Of a stretch of 64,000 nucleotides of DNA, positions 18,774 through 28,818 are shown one piece after another; position 1 is the first letter of the stretch; each line of letters opens with the position of its first letter. The stretch comes from a virus: IMG/VR virus record IMGVR_UViG_3300028821_000038, positions 98,315 through 162,314 of that record, one strand, 5' to 3'. A program made the position numbers and the translations under genes. The notes below the pieces were generated by a model that saw only the letters and a program-made list of their open reading frames with translations, was not told where the DNA came from and ran no database searches.

Positions 18774-19616
18774 ATGGAATCATTAGGTTTTAAGTTGTTT
18801 AAAGACCCTGATCTAATATTCCCGTTGGTTGCGGGTGATTTAAAGATTGCACTAAATGCCATCTCCCAGAGAGAGCAGATGGTTACGGTATATTTTGGAG
18901 CATGGGATTCATATGACGCAAGTACTAAATCATACAAAAGAACCAAAGTGACTCTTGGGGAGAATGACACCCTACTTTGGACACTTGTGCGACTTGTGGA
19001 CGATGGTACTGGAAACACAGTAGAAGAGCAGGCTGTGGAATTTGTAGGAAGTGTTGCCGTTACCGCACCTGATGAGGATAATATAATAGAACTAAACCCC
19101 AATAATCCAGTGGCTAACTTTTATTACAAAGACAGCTCTGATTACAAGGTTACAACTGTAGATGAGCATACCTTGTGGTGCAACTTCAATATTGGTGAAT
19201 ATAAATTTGGATGGTCAACATCCACCAATGAAGCGGCTGGTGGTTTTAGATTGGCAAAAAGAGATCCAAACGACCCAGCCAATGAAATCATTATGACTAG
19301 AGAAATGAGATATGGAAATGGCATTGACCATCCTGATAGGTATACTACTTTCAGCCATGGTGATGACTTGCCTACAGACGGATGGTATGTTAAAGATTTC
19401 TGGGCATATACATATCCCAATGGAGATAATGATGATGTGCAGGAAAACGATATTATTCCTCGCCTCAGAACCCTGCAATCCGGCGTGGCAAATGCGATAA
19501 GAATAGATATCCTGTTTAGGATTCCAGATGGATATACTGGTACCGGCCAAGATTTCAGTTTTAGACTGAAAGTATTTGGCTTGAAAAATGTACTTGTAGA
19601 GACAGTGGAGCTGTAA
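18774..19616 (+). CDS. tail protein, shared N-module family
   Basis: LGFKLFKDPDL...VYFGA; C-terminal LQSGVANAIRI. Confidence 0.75.
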   Translation: MESLGFKLFKDPDLIFPLVAGDLKIALNAISQREQMVTVYFGAWDSYDASTKSYKRTKVTLGENDTLLWTLVRLVDDGTGNTVEEQAVEFVGSVAVTAPDEDNIIELNPNNPVANFYYKDSSDYKVTTVDEHTLWCNFNIGEYKFGWSTSTNEAAGGFRLAKRDPNDPANEIIMTREMRYGNGIDHPDRYTTFSHGDDLPTDGWYVKDFWAYTYPNGDNDDVQENDIIPRLRTLQSGVANAIRIDILFRIPDGYTGTGQDFSFRLKVFGLKNVLVETVEL

Positions 19617-19617
19617 G

Positions 19618-19758
19618 ATGGGTATCTATCAAGAGTTCGGAAGAAGATGGAATAAGGCGCAGATGCTTAAGCGCAGAATGATGCAAGCCGAGCGGCTCGG
19701 CAACACCAAGAGAGTCAGAGGGTTGGCCTCTCAAGGATTGCCCTCAATAAAAGATTAA
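19618..19758 (+). CDS. 46-aa basic protein (missing from ORF track)
   Basis: MGIYQEFGRRWNKAQMLKRRMMQAERLGNTKRVRGLASQGLPSIKD fills the gap exactly. Confidence 0.5.
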   Translation: MGIYQEFGRRWNKAQMLKRRMMQAERLGNTKRVRGLASQGLPSIKD

Positions 19759-19773
19759 CCAAGGAGTTAGGAC

Positions 19774-20457
19774 GTGCAGACCGTTAGTTTATATGATGAG
19801 GGAGTTCGGTTTTTTCATGACCCGGACCTACACTATGAGATAACCGCCGATAATTCGGTCAGAGTTGACCCCGCGACTGGGGAATGCGTTATGTATCTTG
19901 GTATCAGAGATTATATCGTTGATGGCGAAAGGATGCGTAAAAGAATAGAAATGATGGCGGGTGCCCCAATGCTATTCCTGGAGCCTATAGACATAAATGG
20001 AAATAGAAAGTGGGATGGTGTTGTAAATATCACATGGGAGCCCAATGGGGAGTATAAAAATTACCAAGAGCATTGTGTTAGCGATCCGGAAAAGATTTCA
20101 GAGCATTATGATCCTGATACCGCCATGACAAATGACAACACGGTGGTTAGGGCAGCTTTTGTATTTGCATATGATGATTATGTGAAGTATGTAATTAAAA
20201 AAGAGGGCGCTGCCGATAGATATGTTTCTGCCTACAATGTAACATCTGTAGTCCTGAATCAGAATGAGTATATATGCTCTGTGATATCTACAAATGGAGA
20301 TAGATTCTTGTCGGTTCTGGAGTCGGGACGCGAAAATGCTATTAAGGTAACGATTACTTTCGATTTGGCTTATGACTTTACCGATGACCAGCGCGGTGTG
20401 AATCTGTTTACCATGAGTGATACTATTGCGCAGATAACAGAGACCAAGCTGACATAG
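19774..20457 (+). CDS. tail protein, shared N-module family
   Basis: GVRFFHDPDL...MYLGI; C-terminal LESGRENAIKV. Confidence 0.75.
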   Translation: MQTVSLYDEGVRFFHDPDLHYEITADNSVRVDPATGECVMYLGIRDYIVDGERMRKRIEMMAGAPMLFLEPIDINGNRKWDGVVNITWEPNGEYKNYQEHCVSDPEKISEHYDPDTAMTNDNTVVRAAFVFAYDDYVKYVIKKEGAADRYVSAYNVTSVVLNQNEYICSVISTNGDRFLSVLESGRENAIKVTITFDLAYDFTDDQRGVNLFTMSDTIAQITETKLT

Positions 20458-20467
20458 GAGGTGTTTC

Positions 20468-22264
20468 GTGATTGTTGGTAAAACCCTTAAAGACCTTGGC
20501 TTCGACCTGTATTATGACAAGTATGGCACCTGTAAGGTGCTTGATACTGACAAAATTAGCATCCAACCAGGGGAGACTTTGGATTTGTGGCTTATTGGAA
20601 GACCTACACAGAAAGAGGATGGAAGGTGGTACCATAAAACCTGCCGGTTTGTAGGTGATGCTCCATTCTTTATCGCAGGGATGTATCAGGTAGAAGACAG
20701 GTTCAATGATATATATATAGGGGCAGATACCAGCGCCACCTCAAAGACTATGAGTGGTAAAATAGAAGAGGTCGCGGTATGGCATCGAGCGCTAAGTGGC
20801 GCCGAAATTACCAACTATCACACCAATTTAGTCGGGATGATAGGGAGTGGTACCGGTTATAAATATCAAGATGCCGAGGAGGCATTTGCAGATGGCCTAA
20901 ATGACTACTATATTCCCGCAGATTTTCAGCTGTTTGGGCTCCCCTATAGGGATATGAGGTACGATACCAACTTTATAAAGAGTCGATTATTCGATATTGG
21001 GAGTGGAAAACACGGTAATGCTGTGATAATGGATAGATACAATGATGAAATGCACATTCAATCAACAAAGCTTTCCTATGACATCACTTTGAATGTTAGG
21101 TTTTTATTAAACGAGAGGAAGGATTTTACGGTTTTTTCCTCCGATGGAATAGGTAAGCTTTATTACGATGAAGAATCAGGAGTGTTTACCCTTGAGATTA
21201 ACCCACTGTATGCCCCAAAAGAAACATATAGTTTTTCATATTTCGGTATTGCTGTTCACACTTGGTATGATTTGGCGATGACCATAGAAAATGGCGCAAT
21301 CAATATATACATAAATGGCGAAAATGTATTCAGTAGGTCATACTCTTCCCCAATAAGGGGTGCAAAAAAACTAAAGTGCAATATGTCGAACATTGAAAGC
21401 ATAAGCGTGTATGGCCTGACAAGTGTCGTATCAAAGGAGGTCAGGGATAGCAGATTTGTAGAGAGTGAAACTATGAATAGCTATCTTGGAGATGGAATAG
21501 AGGTTGAGCTGGCTGAAATCGAAGATGCTATGGAGTTACTGTTTGACAAGGATAACGATAATAGTGCTTGGGTTGGATTGGGAAATACAGATTTGCAAAA
21601 ATCATACAAATATGAGTTTAGTATGGATGATAGCGATGAAGCTGCCGAGCATTTCGTATTCAAGAGCAATAGAGGGATTATAACAGTAGATATTCCATCA
21701 AATAAAATCAAGTATCAACATCAAAATATTGATAGTATACCTGGAGATTATAATTATGATATTCCGTTCCATGGATTTGCAAATATAATCACTACCGCAT
21801 GCCCGGTCAAAATATCAGTCAAATATAAAGATCAATTTGACATTTTCGAGGAATTATCCCCATATATATTTGTTATGAGTGGCTCCAGAATTATAGAGCA
21901 CGAGTATGCCGTAGAGCCATCTGAATACCCTGGAGATTTAAAGGACGCAGGAAAAAAATTCGATAGAGATTTAAGGTTGGGATGGTTTAATTATCGGAGA
22001 TATGTGAGAGTACTATTCTCTAATAGTGGTGGCATATTTGATTTTCAGTCGGTAGAATTAAATGATGGTATATTTGTGCCGATATCGTATGAGGTAGCAG
22101 CCCAAGCATATTATATTAACGATTACAGCACTCTATATTTTGCTAAATATTCTGTTTTTAGAACTGACTATGTGAATTTTGATTCAGAGTGGCCAAAGGG
22201 AGAAGCTAAGCAATACATAGACTCATTTGTAGAAAGATACAATTCCAGAAAAAAAGTATTGTAA
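20468..22264 (+). CDS. tail protein, shared N-module plus LamG-like domain
   Basis: LGFDLYYD; GKIEEVAVWHRALS; WYDLAMT...IYING. Confidence 0.75.
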   Translation: MIVGKTLKDLGFDLYYDKYGTCKVLDTDKISIQPGETLDLWLIGRPTQKEDGRWYHKTCRFVGDAPFFIAGMYQVEDRFNDIYIGADTSATSKTMSGKIEEVAVWHRALSGAEITNYHTNLVGMIGSGTGYKYQDAEEAFADGLNDYYIPADFQLFGLPYRDMRYDTNFIKSRLFDIGSGKHGNAVIMDRYNDEMHIQSTKLSYDITLNVRFLLNERKDFTVFSSDGIGKLYYDEESGVFTLEINPLYAPKETYSFSYFGIAVHTWYDLAMTIENGAINIYINGENVFSRSYSSPIRGAKKLKCNMSNIESISVYGLTSVVSKEVRDSRFVESETMNSYLGDGIEVELAEIEDAMELLFDKDNDNSAWVGLGNTDLQKSYKYEFSMDDSDEAAEHFVFKSNRGIITVDIPSNKIKYQHQNIDSIPGDYNYDIPFHGFANIITTACPVKISVKYKDQFDIFEELSPYIFVMSGSRIIEHEYAVEPSEYPGDLKDAGKKFDRDLRLGWFNYRRYVRVLFSNSGGIFDFQSVELNDGIFVPISYEVAAQAYYINDYSTLYFAKYSVFRTDYVNFDSEWPKGEAKQYIDSFVERYNSRKKVL

Positions 22265-22277
22265 CCTTAGGAGAAAT

Positions 22278-24014
22278 ATGGCAGAGCTTATCGGAGATCT
22301 TCAGGATAAAGGGTTTGGTTTCTTCTTGGATGAGAACCTTACAGTTGAACTGATAGACCAAAGCATTATAGATATTGGAAATGATGGAGAGCTAAGTGTC
22401 TATTTTGGAGCGAAATCATATATATCGTCCAACCTTAGAAAAGGTAAGGTTTTCAGCTTTGTAGAGGGGTACCGATATTTAATGTTGGACCTAGTGGAGG
22501 ATAATTCCGGCGAATACTTCAGAAACTTCGATAACATAGAAAGTATGTCTCTGGAGGTTATTCTCGATTCGAGACGACTCTTGATGAATATACTCCACAA
22601 GTACATAGACAGCGAAACCTGGATTACCTTGGAACTGTTAAACAAATACGGCATGGTGGGCAATAGTAAAGATAATGCAAAAGCCATGAGGACATGTCTA
22701 TGTGAACCTGATAGAATACAGGAAGTATCGTGTGATGGTGCCGCGATATGTCAAACCTGGGAATGGAAACCTACAGGATACTGGGGTACTGGGTGGCCCG
22801 AACAATACAGTTTTTACCTTGACTTCTTTCAAGATGAGAATAGTGTTTATAAATCGATATGGGAACAATATATCGAGAATGACTATATCAAAGGAGCTAA
22901 GACTAGATCATACTTGACATATGGAAGTCGAACTCCATACGGAAGTGGGGTTTGGAACTATAACTATCAGCATGATGTATACCCGCAGCACGATGCAGTA
23001 TTGGCATATCGATGGCATTATGGTGGTTTTGATATTACGCCATACGAGATGAGGGTTTTGAAACCTGAAATATACAATAGGTTCTCCCAATGGTACAGTC
23101 AATATAGGCCCGGTAGCAGTACTTTTAGGTTTGTGGCCGATGAATATACTGTTATGGGATATACCGATATTGCCAAGACAGACACTAACACGATATACGA
23201 TAGGCAAAAGCATATAATAGAAGACTTGTTGGGGCCGCTTAGATACACCGAGGACCAGTATGGGAATAGGACATACTACTATGGAGATTTGAGCGGAATA
23301 CAATTTTCGATATTGTATAACGATGATTTTATGAACTACAGCGAGGCATATATCAATAGCCCAGACTTTAGGGAGATATGCGAAGACAATAAGCTATATG
23401 TAGAAGATGCATTCTTTTCTATAGAGAAATCATATGGGAAATTGGGCGGAAGAACAATATTCAATGGTGGCGTAGGCAACGAGTCTGACTACTTTATGCC
23501 ACTTAGAGATTTTCTGCGGTCTCGCGGTTGGACATTCGAGTATTTCGTGGAAGAGCTTCATAATATCGAATTTGATAGGTGGAGTAGCGCTTTGAAGGAT
23601 GCGCTGGTAATAGGCCTAGAAGATGTATTGGTTAGAGATTTTACTGAGTTCTACGATAAAGACCACCGCGCTCCATTTGATGGGATAGAGTTTTATTGTC
23701 CTATCGTCATCACAGATAGACCGGTTGAGATATATAAAAAGAAGGCAATAATCGATTCCGATGGAAACGAGAGCATCGTCGATTCTGGTATCGTGCTGCT
23801 GAATCCTGGTGAATTTAAGTGTCCGATAGACAAAGATGAATTTATATGGAGTATTAAGGCATACACCTACAACACCTTCATCACTGAATATATGAAGGTG
23901 AAGATATCTATGTCTATAAAAAGCTCGTTTCCTACTGAGGACTTTTTGAATTTTAGGGCCATAAATAGCGATTACACCTTTATCGAGGAGTACCATTTTG
24001 AGTACTCAATCTGA
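22278..24014 (+). CDS. tail protein, shared N-module family
   Basis: KGFGFFLDENLT...VYFGA. Confidence 0.75.
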   Translation: MAELIGDLQDKGFGFFLDENLTVELIDQSIIDIGNDGELSVYFGAKSYISSNLRKGKVFSFVEGYRYLMLDLVEDNSGEYFRNFDNIESMSLEVILDSRRLLMNILHKYIDSETWITLELLNKYGMVGNSKDNAKAMRTCLCEPDRIQEVSCDGAAICQTWEWKPTGYWGTGWPEQYSFYLDFFQDENSVYKSIWEQYIENDYIKGAKTRSYLTYGSRTPYGSGVWNYNYQHDVYPQHDAVLAYRWHYGGFDITPYEMRVLKPEIYNRFSQWYSQYRPGSSTFRFVADEYTVMGYTDIAKTDTNTIYDRQKHIIEDLLGPLRYTEDQYGNRTYYYGDLSGIQFSILYNDDFMNYSEAYINSPDFREICEDNKLYVEDAFFSIEKSYGKLGGRTIFNGGVGNESDYFMPLRDFLRSRGWTFEYFVEELHNIEFDRWSSALKDALVIGLEDVLVRDFTEFYDKDHRAPFDGIEFYCPIVITDRPVEIYKKKAIIDSDGNESIVDSGIVLLNPGEFKCPIDKDEFIWSIKAYTYNTFITEYMKVKISMSIKSSFPTEDFLNFRAINSDYTFIEEYHFEYSI

Positions 24015-25317
24015 TAGCTGTATCCAGCTCGAGTTGCCACAGCCCCAACCATTTATCGCGCAAAAGAAAGACCCTGAACCGCCAACAGTATTTGTAGACA
24101 CCAGTATGGGGTATATCGCTAAAACAGGAAGCATTACTCCAGGGTATATGAACACAACAAATAGGTTCTTCTCTATCGCGGAGAATGGCGGATTCAATGC
24201 ATTTGTTACAGATGAGACGGTTGGTATAGGGTTCTTTGTGGAAAAGGTGCTGTATGCCGTCCTGAATGTTGATACTGAGGATTTCTTCGGTATTGAGTTG
24301 GAGGAGCATGTAGAGCGCTCTATAGTTACCTTCGCAAGGGTATCCAGAGATACTTTTCTTCTTGTTGTATGCGCCAATATAGACCCTGCTACAGGCAAAA
24401 TACTATATATCTCCAAGACAATTACAATAGACTCTTTGTATTGCTCTATGCAGACCAGGGTTATTCCAAATATGGCGCCACAAAACATCAAGGATGAGTA
24501 TTCCAATATAATCGATGATGATTTGAATGTTGTGAAGCATACCAGTGAGCTTGGGAGAGTGGTGGATCCAGCTGAATACAATGGTAGTTATGGCTTTGCA
24601 GATTTGAGAGAGGTTGAGATCACCACCGATAGCGATACTAGACCGATATATGAAGCTGTTTTGGAGGATTTGAAATCGACAATTCCGGGCTTATCTGATT
24701 CTGTGCAGAGCGATATAGCCTTGTATTCTATATGGAGTGACTATATCAGGGGTGGCTTGTTTTTGGTGTTGTTATGTCAGGATAAATTGATCACAATCAA
24801 GGATACCGATACGGGGATAGAGAAAGAAACCTTCATGTTCGATAGCGCTCTATCTATGTATGAGTTTGACAATATATATTTTCCATATGTAATGCCCGCG
24901 ACAAGAGATACTCTAAAGACTGATTATGTGTTTTGTCCATATGGTGTATTGAAGGAGAACTACTACTATAAGCACCTGTTTGTAAACAGGATAGAAGATA
25001 GCGATGGGGGGCAATTTATAAAACTGTATGTATTGGAATTGCCCAGCGGAGGGGATAAATATGTCCCTATTGTGTCAAACGGCAAGATGGTATCATTATA
25101 CTCTCTGGATGTCAGTGAGGTGTCGGATTCTGGCGCAGAGAGAAGTATATTTTTTGGAAATGCTATCGGCATAAATACTGACATTGTGGTGGATACTACC
25201 GTGTGCGCATACAACTACGCAACCTATATAGATAAATCAGTGACCGAAAGAAACCAGACAACTGATATAATAAGCGTTAGAACTATGTGTGAGTTTGTAG
25301 ATTATTTATATTTTTAG
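23998..25317 (+). CDS. putative virion structural protein
   Basis: 439-aa ORF in the tail operon; start uncertain. Confidence 0.65.
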   Translation: MSTQSDSCIQLELPQPQPFIAQKKDPEPPTVFVDTSMGYIAKTGSITPGYMNTTNRFFSIAENGGFNAFVTDETVGIGFFVEKVLYAVLNVDTEDFFGIELEEHVERSIVTFARVSRDTFLLVVCANIDPATGKILYISKTITIDSLYCSMQTRVIPNMAPQNIKDEYSNIIDDDLNVVKHTSELGRVVDPAEYNGSYGFADLREVEITTDSDTRPIYEAVLEDLKSTIPGLSDSVQSDIALYSIWSDYIRGGLFLVLLCQDKLITIKDTDTGIEKETFMFDSALSMYEFDNIYFPYVMPATRDTLKTDYVFCPYGVLKENYYYKHLFVNRIEDSDGGQFIKLYVLELPSGGDKYVPIVSNGKMVSLYSLDVSEVSDSGAERSIFFGNAIGINTDIVVDTTVCAYNYATYIDKSVTERNQTTDIISVRTMCEFVDYLYF

Positions 25318-25325
25318 GATGTAAT

Positions 25326-26951
25326 ATGAGCGGAGTTCCAATAAATGCCTATCTTGATGCCAATCTTACCAAGAAGCTGGAGAGTTTTGTTATAAATGCT
25401 ATACCGCAGCAGACTTACCGGTCTGACTTCAATTTGATTTATATCGCAAATATCGATACAAGCGTAGATGAGAATGGAAATCTTATCCAGACCTATATCA
25501 CATCCGATGACTCTATATTTTTGGCCATAACCAATGACTTTGGGCATATAGACTATACAAACATCAAGACAATTCATGTTGCCGGTGCGTATGAGACCGA
25601 TTTTGAGACGACATCTTTCTATCCAGATCCAGTAGATTTACCAAGATTTGCCAATTATTACGAGGGCAATGAGGTTCCCGTAGGAGGGGGCATACTAAAT
25701 GTCGCCTTCTGTCCTTTTGGGGTTAATAAAGTAGAGCTTTTGAACGGCGATATTGTGCATGTGTATGGCAATGGAAAGATAAAAATTACCACTGAGCAGC
25801 GCGGTTTCAAAGGGTATCAGCAGATTCCAAAGGTAGACAGGATCTTGTCGAATGGATACTATAAAATAATCAAGCTTGCGATATACAGTAGATACTCTGA
25901 GTTTCAGAGACGAAAATACAGCTTGAACCTCTTTAGCCCCACCATGAAGTTTCATTCCGAGAGTATAGAGGGGCAGCTCCCAATAACAGAAGAGAGATTG
26001 CTTGGGTATTTTACCAACGATGTGACTCATGATGATAATACCGGATACAAATTCATAAAAAACCATAAAGATAGCTCTCTGTTTTTGTGTGATGTGACAT
26101 CAGGCAGGCAAAGCTTGCTTACAGGAATAGGCGATATGGTCAAGGTGACAAAGACCGGCTTTATAGATTTATCGAATCTGGGCGCCAACATTGGAGATGA
26201 ATTTAGTATCCATATGAATGTGCTGTTGGAGTCATATGCACCGAGGGGTACGATTCTATTTGAAGCAGGATATGGTGTAACCGATAGTGGATATCAGACT
26301 CATAAAATAACACTCTGGGTGAACAACGCAGGAGAGCTGTGTTTCAACACTCAATACAACGATGAGTTTCAAAACACGAAGCATAAAATAGACCTTCAAA
26401 AAGAGCACATCATAACTTTTACAATAGAAAACCAGAAGTTCGACGAAGAAGATGATGATGAATATGTTGTGTTTATCCACCTGAATGGCTCTCAGATATG
26501 GCCATCATCGGAGATGCTTACCAAGACCCAAAAAACATATTTGTGGCGCGCCAAGGAGGCGTGGAGGGTGTACAACGATGTATGTATGAAGTTGCCGGCC
26601 CCGCATCCAGTGCAAGGGGGCGTGGATGCTAAACAGGTTTGCGTTAAAAAGCTTCTTGCGGAGACCGGATTTGTAACATATGAGAATGTAATGAAGGTTT
26701 ACGAGCTATACCTTAAAAGGCCAGTTGCCAGCAATGTCGATTTGGATGAGATAAAAATAGGCTCTTCCGATGAGACAACAATAGAGAAGATGTTCTTTGG
26801 GCAGGATTCTGAGAAAGATTTGCTTGATGATGAGTATTATATGGAGGGGCAGTTTTCAGAAATAGCGGTATTCTCTCCTGGATTATCCAAGGATGAAATA
26901 GAGCAGATACATCTTCTGAATATAATCAGAATACCAACGATTATGCTATAG
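25326..26951 (+). CDS. tail protein with LamG-like domain
   Basis: NAYLDANLT; FSIHMNV...GQFSEIAVFSPGLSKDEI. Confidence 0.7.
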   Translation: MSGVPINAYLDANLTKKLESFVINAIPQQTYRSDFNLIYIANIDTSVDENGNLIQTYITSDDSIFLAITNDFGHIDYTNIKTIHVAGAYETDFETTSFYPDPVDLPRFANYYEGNEVPVGGGILNVAFCPFGVNKVELLNGDIVHVYGNGKIKITTEQRGFKGYQQIPKVDRILSNGYYKIIKLAIYSRYSEFQRRKYSLNLFSPTMKFHSESIEGQLPITEERLLGYFTNDVTHDDNTGYKFIKNHKDSSLFLCDVTSGRQSLLTGIGDMVKVTKTGFIDLSNLGANIGDEFSIHMNVLLESYAPRGTILFEAGYGVTDSGYQTHKITLWVNNAGELCFNTQYNDEFQNTKHKIDLQKEHIITFTIENQKFDEEDDDEYVVFIHLNGSQIWPSSEMLTKTQKTYLWRAKEAWRVYNDVCMKLPAPHPVQGGVDAKQVCVKKLLAETGFVTYENVMKVYELYLKRPVASNVDLDEIKIGSSDETTIEKMFFGQDSEKDLLDDEYYMEGQFSEIAVFSPGLSKDEIEQIHLLNIIRIPTIML

Positions 26952-26958
26952 GATTGAT

Positions 26959-27813
26959 ATGCAGGCAACCATCTTTAGATTCACCATACACCTGAAGGAT
27001 AGTTCAAAATATATCTACCCTGGTGATTACAAGATGATAGGGATTGATATACCTTGGCGTGTCGAGAGGCTTCGCCCTATCCTGCATGATTATTCGCTGA
27101 CATCCAGCGTTAGGTTTAACGACAATGAGCCGGGCTATATCTATGATAGCATAGATGATTTTTGCGATGCCAATGACCTGTCTAGATTTAGAGCGTATAT
27201 TAATGGGGTCTATGGTTTCATGTCTTTGTTTGGTGTAGATAGTGAGGAGTATTCCGGTGCGATTACTCCAAACTACCTGATACGGGATTCGAATTATATA
27301 GACCTTATCGCGGTGGCGTGGTTTGATGGTGGGGTTCCTGGGAATATACACAATCTGTATCTGTGTAGAGGTTTTAGATATAAGAACCTAATAGGATTCA
27401 ATACTGAAAAAACGTCAAGCGCGATGGGTTATTCGTTTTATACCTTTGAGCCATATGAGTATGACAAATCCCTGATAGGAGAGCCCTACTCAAGAGTAAG
27501 TGTGGTTAGCGGTAGAGTTGTAGATTTTAGAGTCTCTGCATTTAAGAAGATTATCGAGAGTGGGCATATTTCCCAGTATGAGGATTTCGGTGTAGAAAAG
27601 TGTAATCTTATGGATTCTTACGGCGATATGGTGCTATCGTATATAGAATTAGCCAGGTTTGATGATTTTAGTTTGAGGTTTGGAATGATACAGATGCACT
27701 CTTTAGTGGAAGTGGAATTTGAGCTCAATAGATTTGGTATAATTGTTGCAAATATGCTTGTTGATATGGATGAAATGAAGTATGAGATAGGCAGATTGCA
27801 AGTGGATATATAA
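26959..27813 (+). CDS. hypothetical virion protein
   Basis: 284-aa ORF in operon. Confidence 0.65.
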   Translation: MQATIFRFTIHLKDSSKYIYPGDYKMIGIDIPWRVERLRPILHDYSLTSSVRFNDNEPGYIYDSIDDFCDANDLSRFRAYINGVYGFMSLFGVDSEEYSGAITPNYLIRDSNYIDLIAVAWFDGGVPGNIHNLYLCRGFRYKNLIGFNTEKTSSAMGYSFYTFEPYEYDKSLIGEPYSRVSVVSGRVVDFRVSAFKKIIESGHISQYEDFGVEKCNLMDSYGDMVLSYIELARFDDFSLRFGMIQMHSLVEVEFELNRFGIIVANMLVDMDEMKYEIGRLQVDI

Positions 27814-27828
27814 AAAAATCAAGGATAT

Positions 27829-28800
27829 ATGATGGCGATTTTATTTGATGAGGTAAAGTACTATAAGTCTCAGAGGGTTGATTTTGACGATCCAACCAAC
27901 AATGGTATGGGCCCCGGAGACCAGATAGTGAATGACGCTATGAATAGTATTTTTCCGGAAGTATCTGCTACAGATAGGGAAAATGGACTTGAACGAATAG
28001 CCAAGATATTTGTTTCCAACGAGTCACAGGACCGTCTGATGTCTGAGACGATTTTCTATTTGAAGCAGGATGTTTTTGCACCAGACATTATGACAATATT
28101 TGAGGCAACCGAAAAAGAGTATATCTCTTTCAAGAATAGAGACGATCTGGATGGCGACTCCTCGCCTATTACCGCCGGAACCGAGATTTTTATAACCGAT
28201 ATAGCGCCAGATACCAATGATGCAAATGACCTGGTTGGTAGAAGAATCCTGATAGGGAGTCTCGAAACTGTCGTAGATACCGCGCCAACAGCATCCAGTA
28301 TTACACTCGAGGATGATATTAACTTCTTTGTGGCTGCCGATACCCCGATAAATACAGTGGATATGTACGACTTCCTTGAGAGCGATGAAGATTTCCAGAA
28401 TATGAAAGAGTATGCAAATGCCATATCAATGGGAAGTATTTCTAGCGGTACCACTGTTGTGAATGTGTCTGACAGTGATGTAGATTTCTTTGAGGTTGGC
28501 GACAATATAGTATTGATAGACCAATATTTTAGGGTTATACACAGGGCGGCTATAACCGATATACAGCAAAATAGTGGCGACCCCAGCTTGTATGATATTA
28601 CAATGGACAAAGAGTACACAAGCGCATATACGGTTCCCGCTACACAGGGGTATATCGCCAATGGCTTCAAGCAGGATTTGCTTCCGGGCAGAAAAAAGTC
28701 GCTGTGGATAAAGCTTAAGGTGCAAGCCAGCAGCGCAATAGACACTGAAGTTATAAATCAATTCCAGCTTGGTGTGCATTTTGACGACCTAGAAGCATAG
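27829..28800 (+). CDS. putative tail-tip protein
   Basis: NSIFPEVSATDRENG..R.AKIFVSN resembles a motif common in phage tail genes. Confidence 0.6.
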   Translation: MMAILFDEVKYYKSQRVDFDDPTNNGMGPGDQIVNDAMNSIFPEVSATDRENGLERIAKIFVSNESQDRLMSETIFYLKQDVFAPDIMTIFEATEKEYISFKNRDDLDGDSSPITAGTEIFITDIAPDTNDANDLVGRRILIGSLETVVDTAPTASSITLEDDINFFVAADTPINTVDMYDFLESDEDFQNMKEYANAISMGSISSGTTVVNVSDSDVDFFEVGDNIVLIDQYFRVIHRAAITDIQQNSGDPSLYDITMDKEYTSAYTVPATQGYIANGFKQDLLPGRKKSLWIKLKVQASSAIDTEVINQFQLGVHFDDLEA

Positions 28801-28818
28801 TGAAAGAAGGAGACCTCG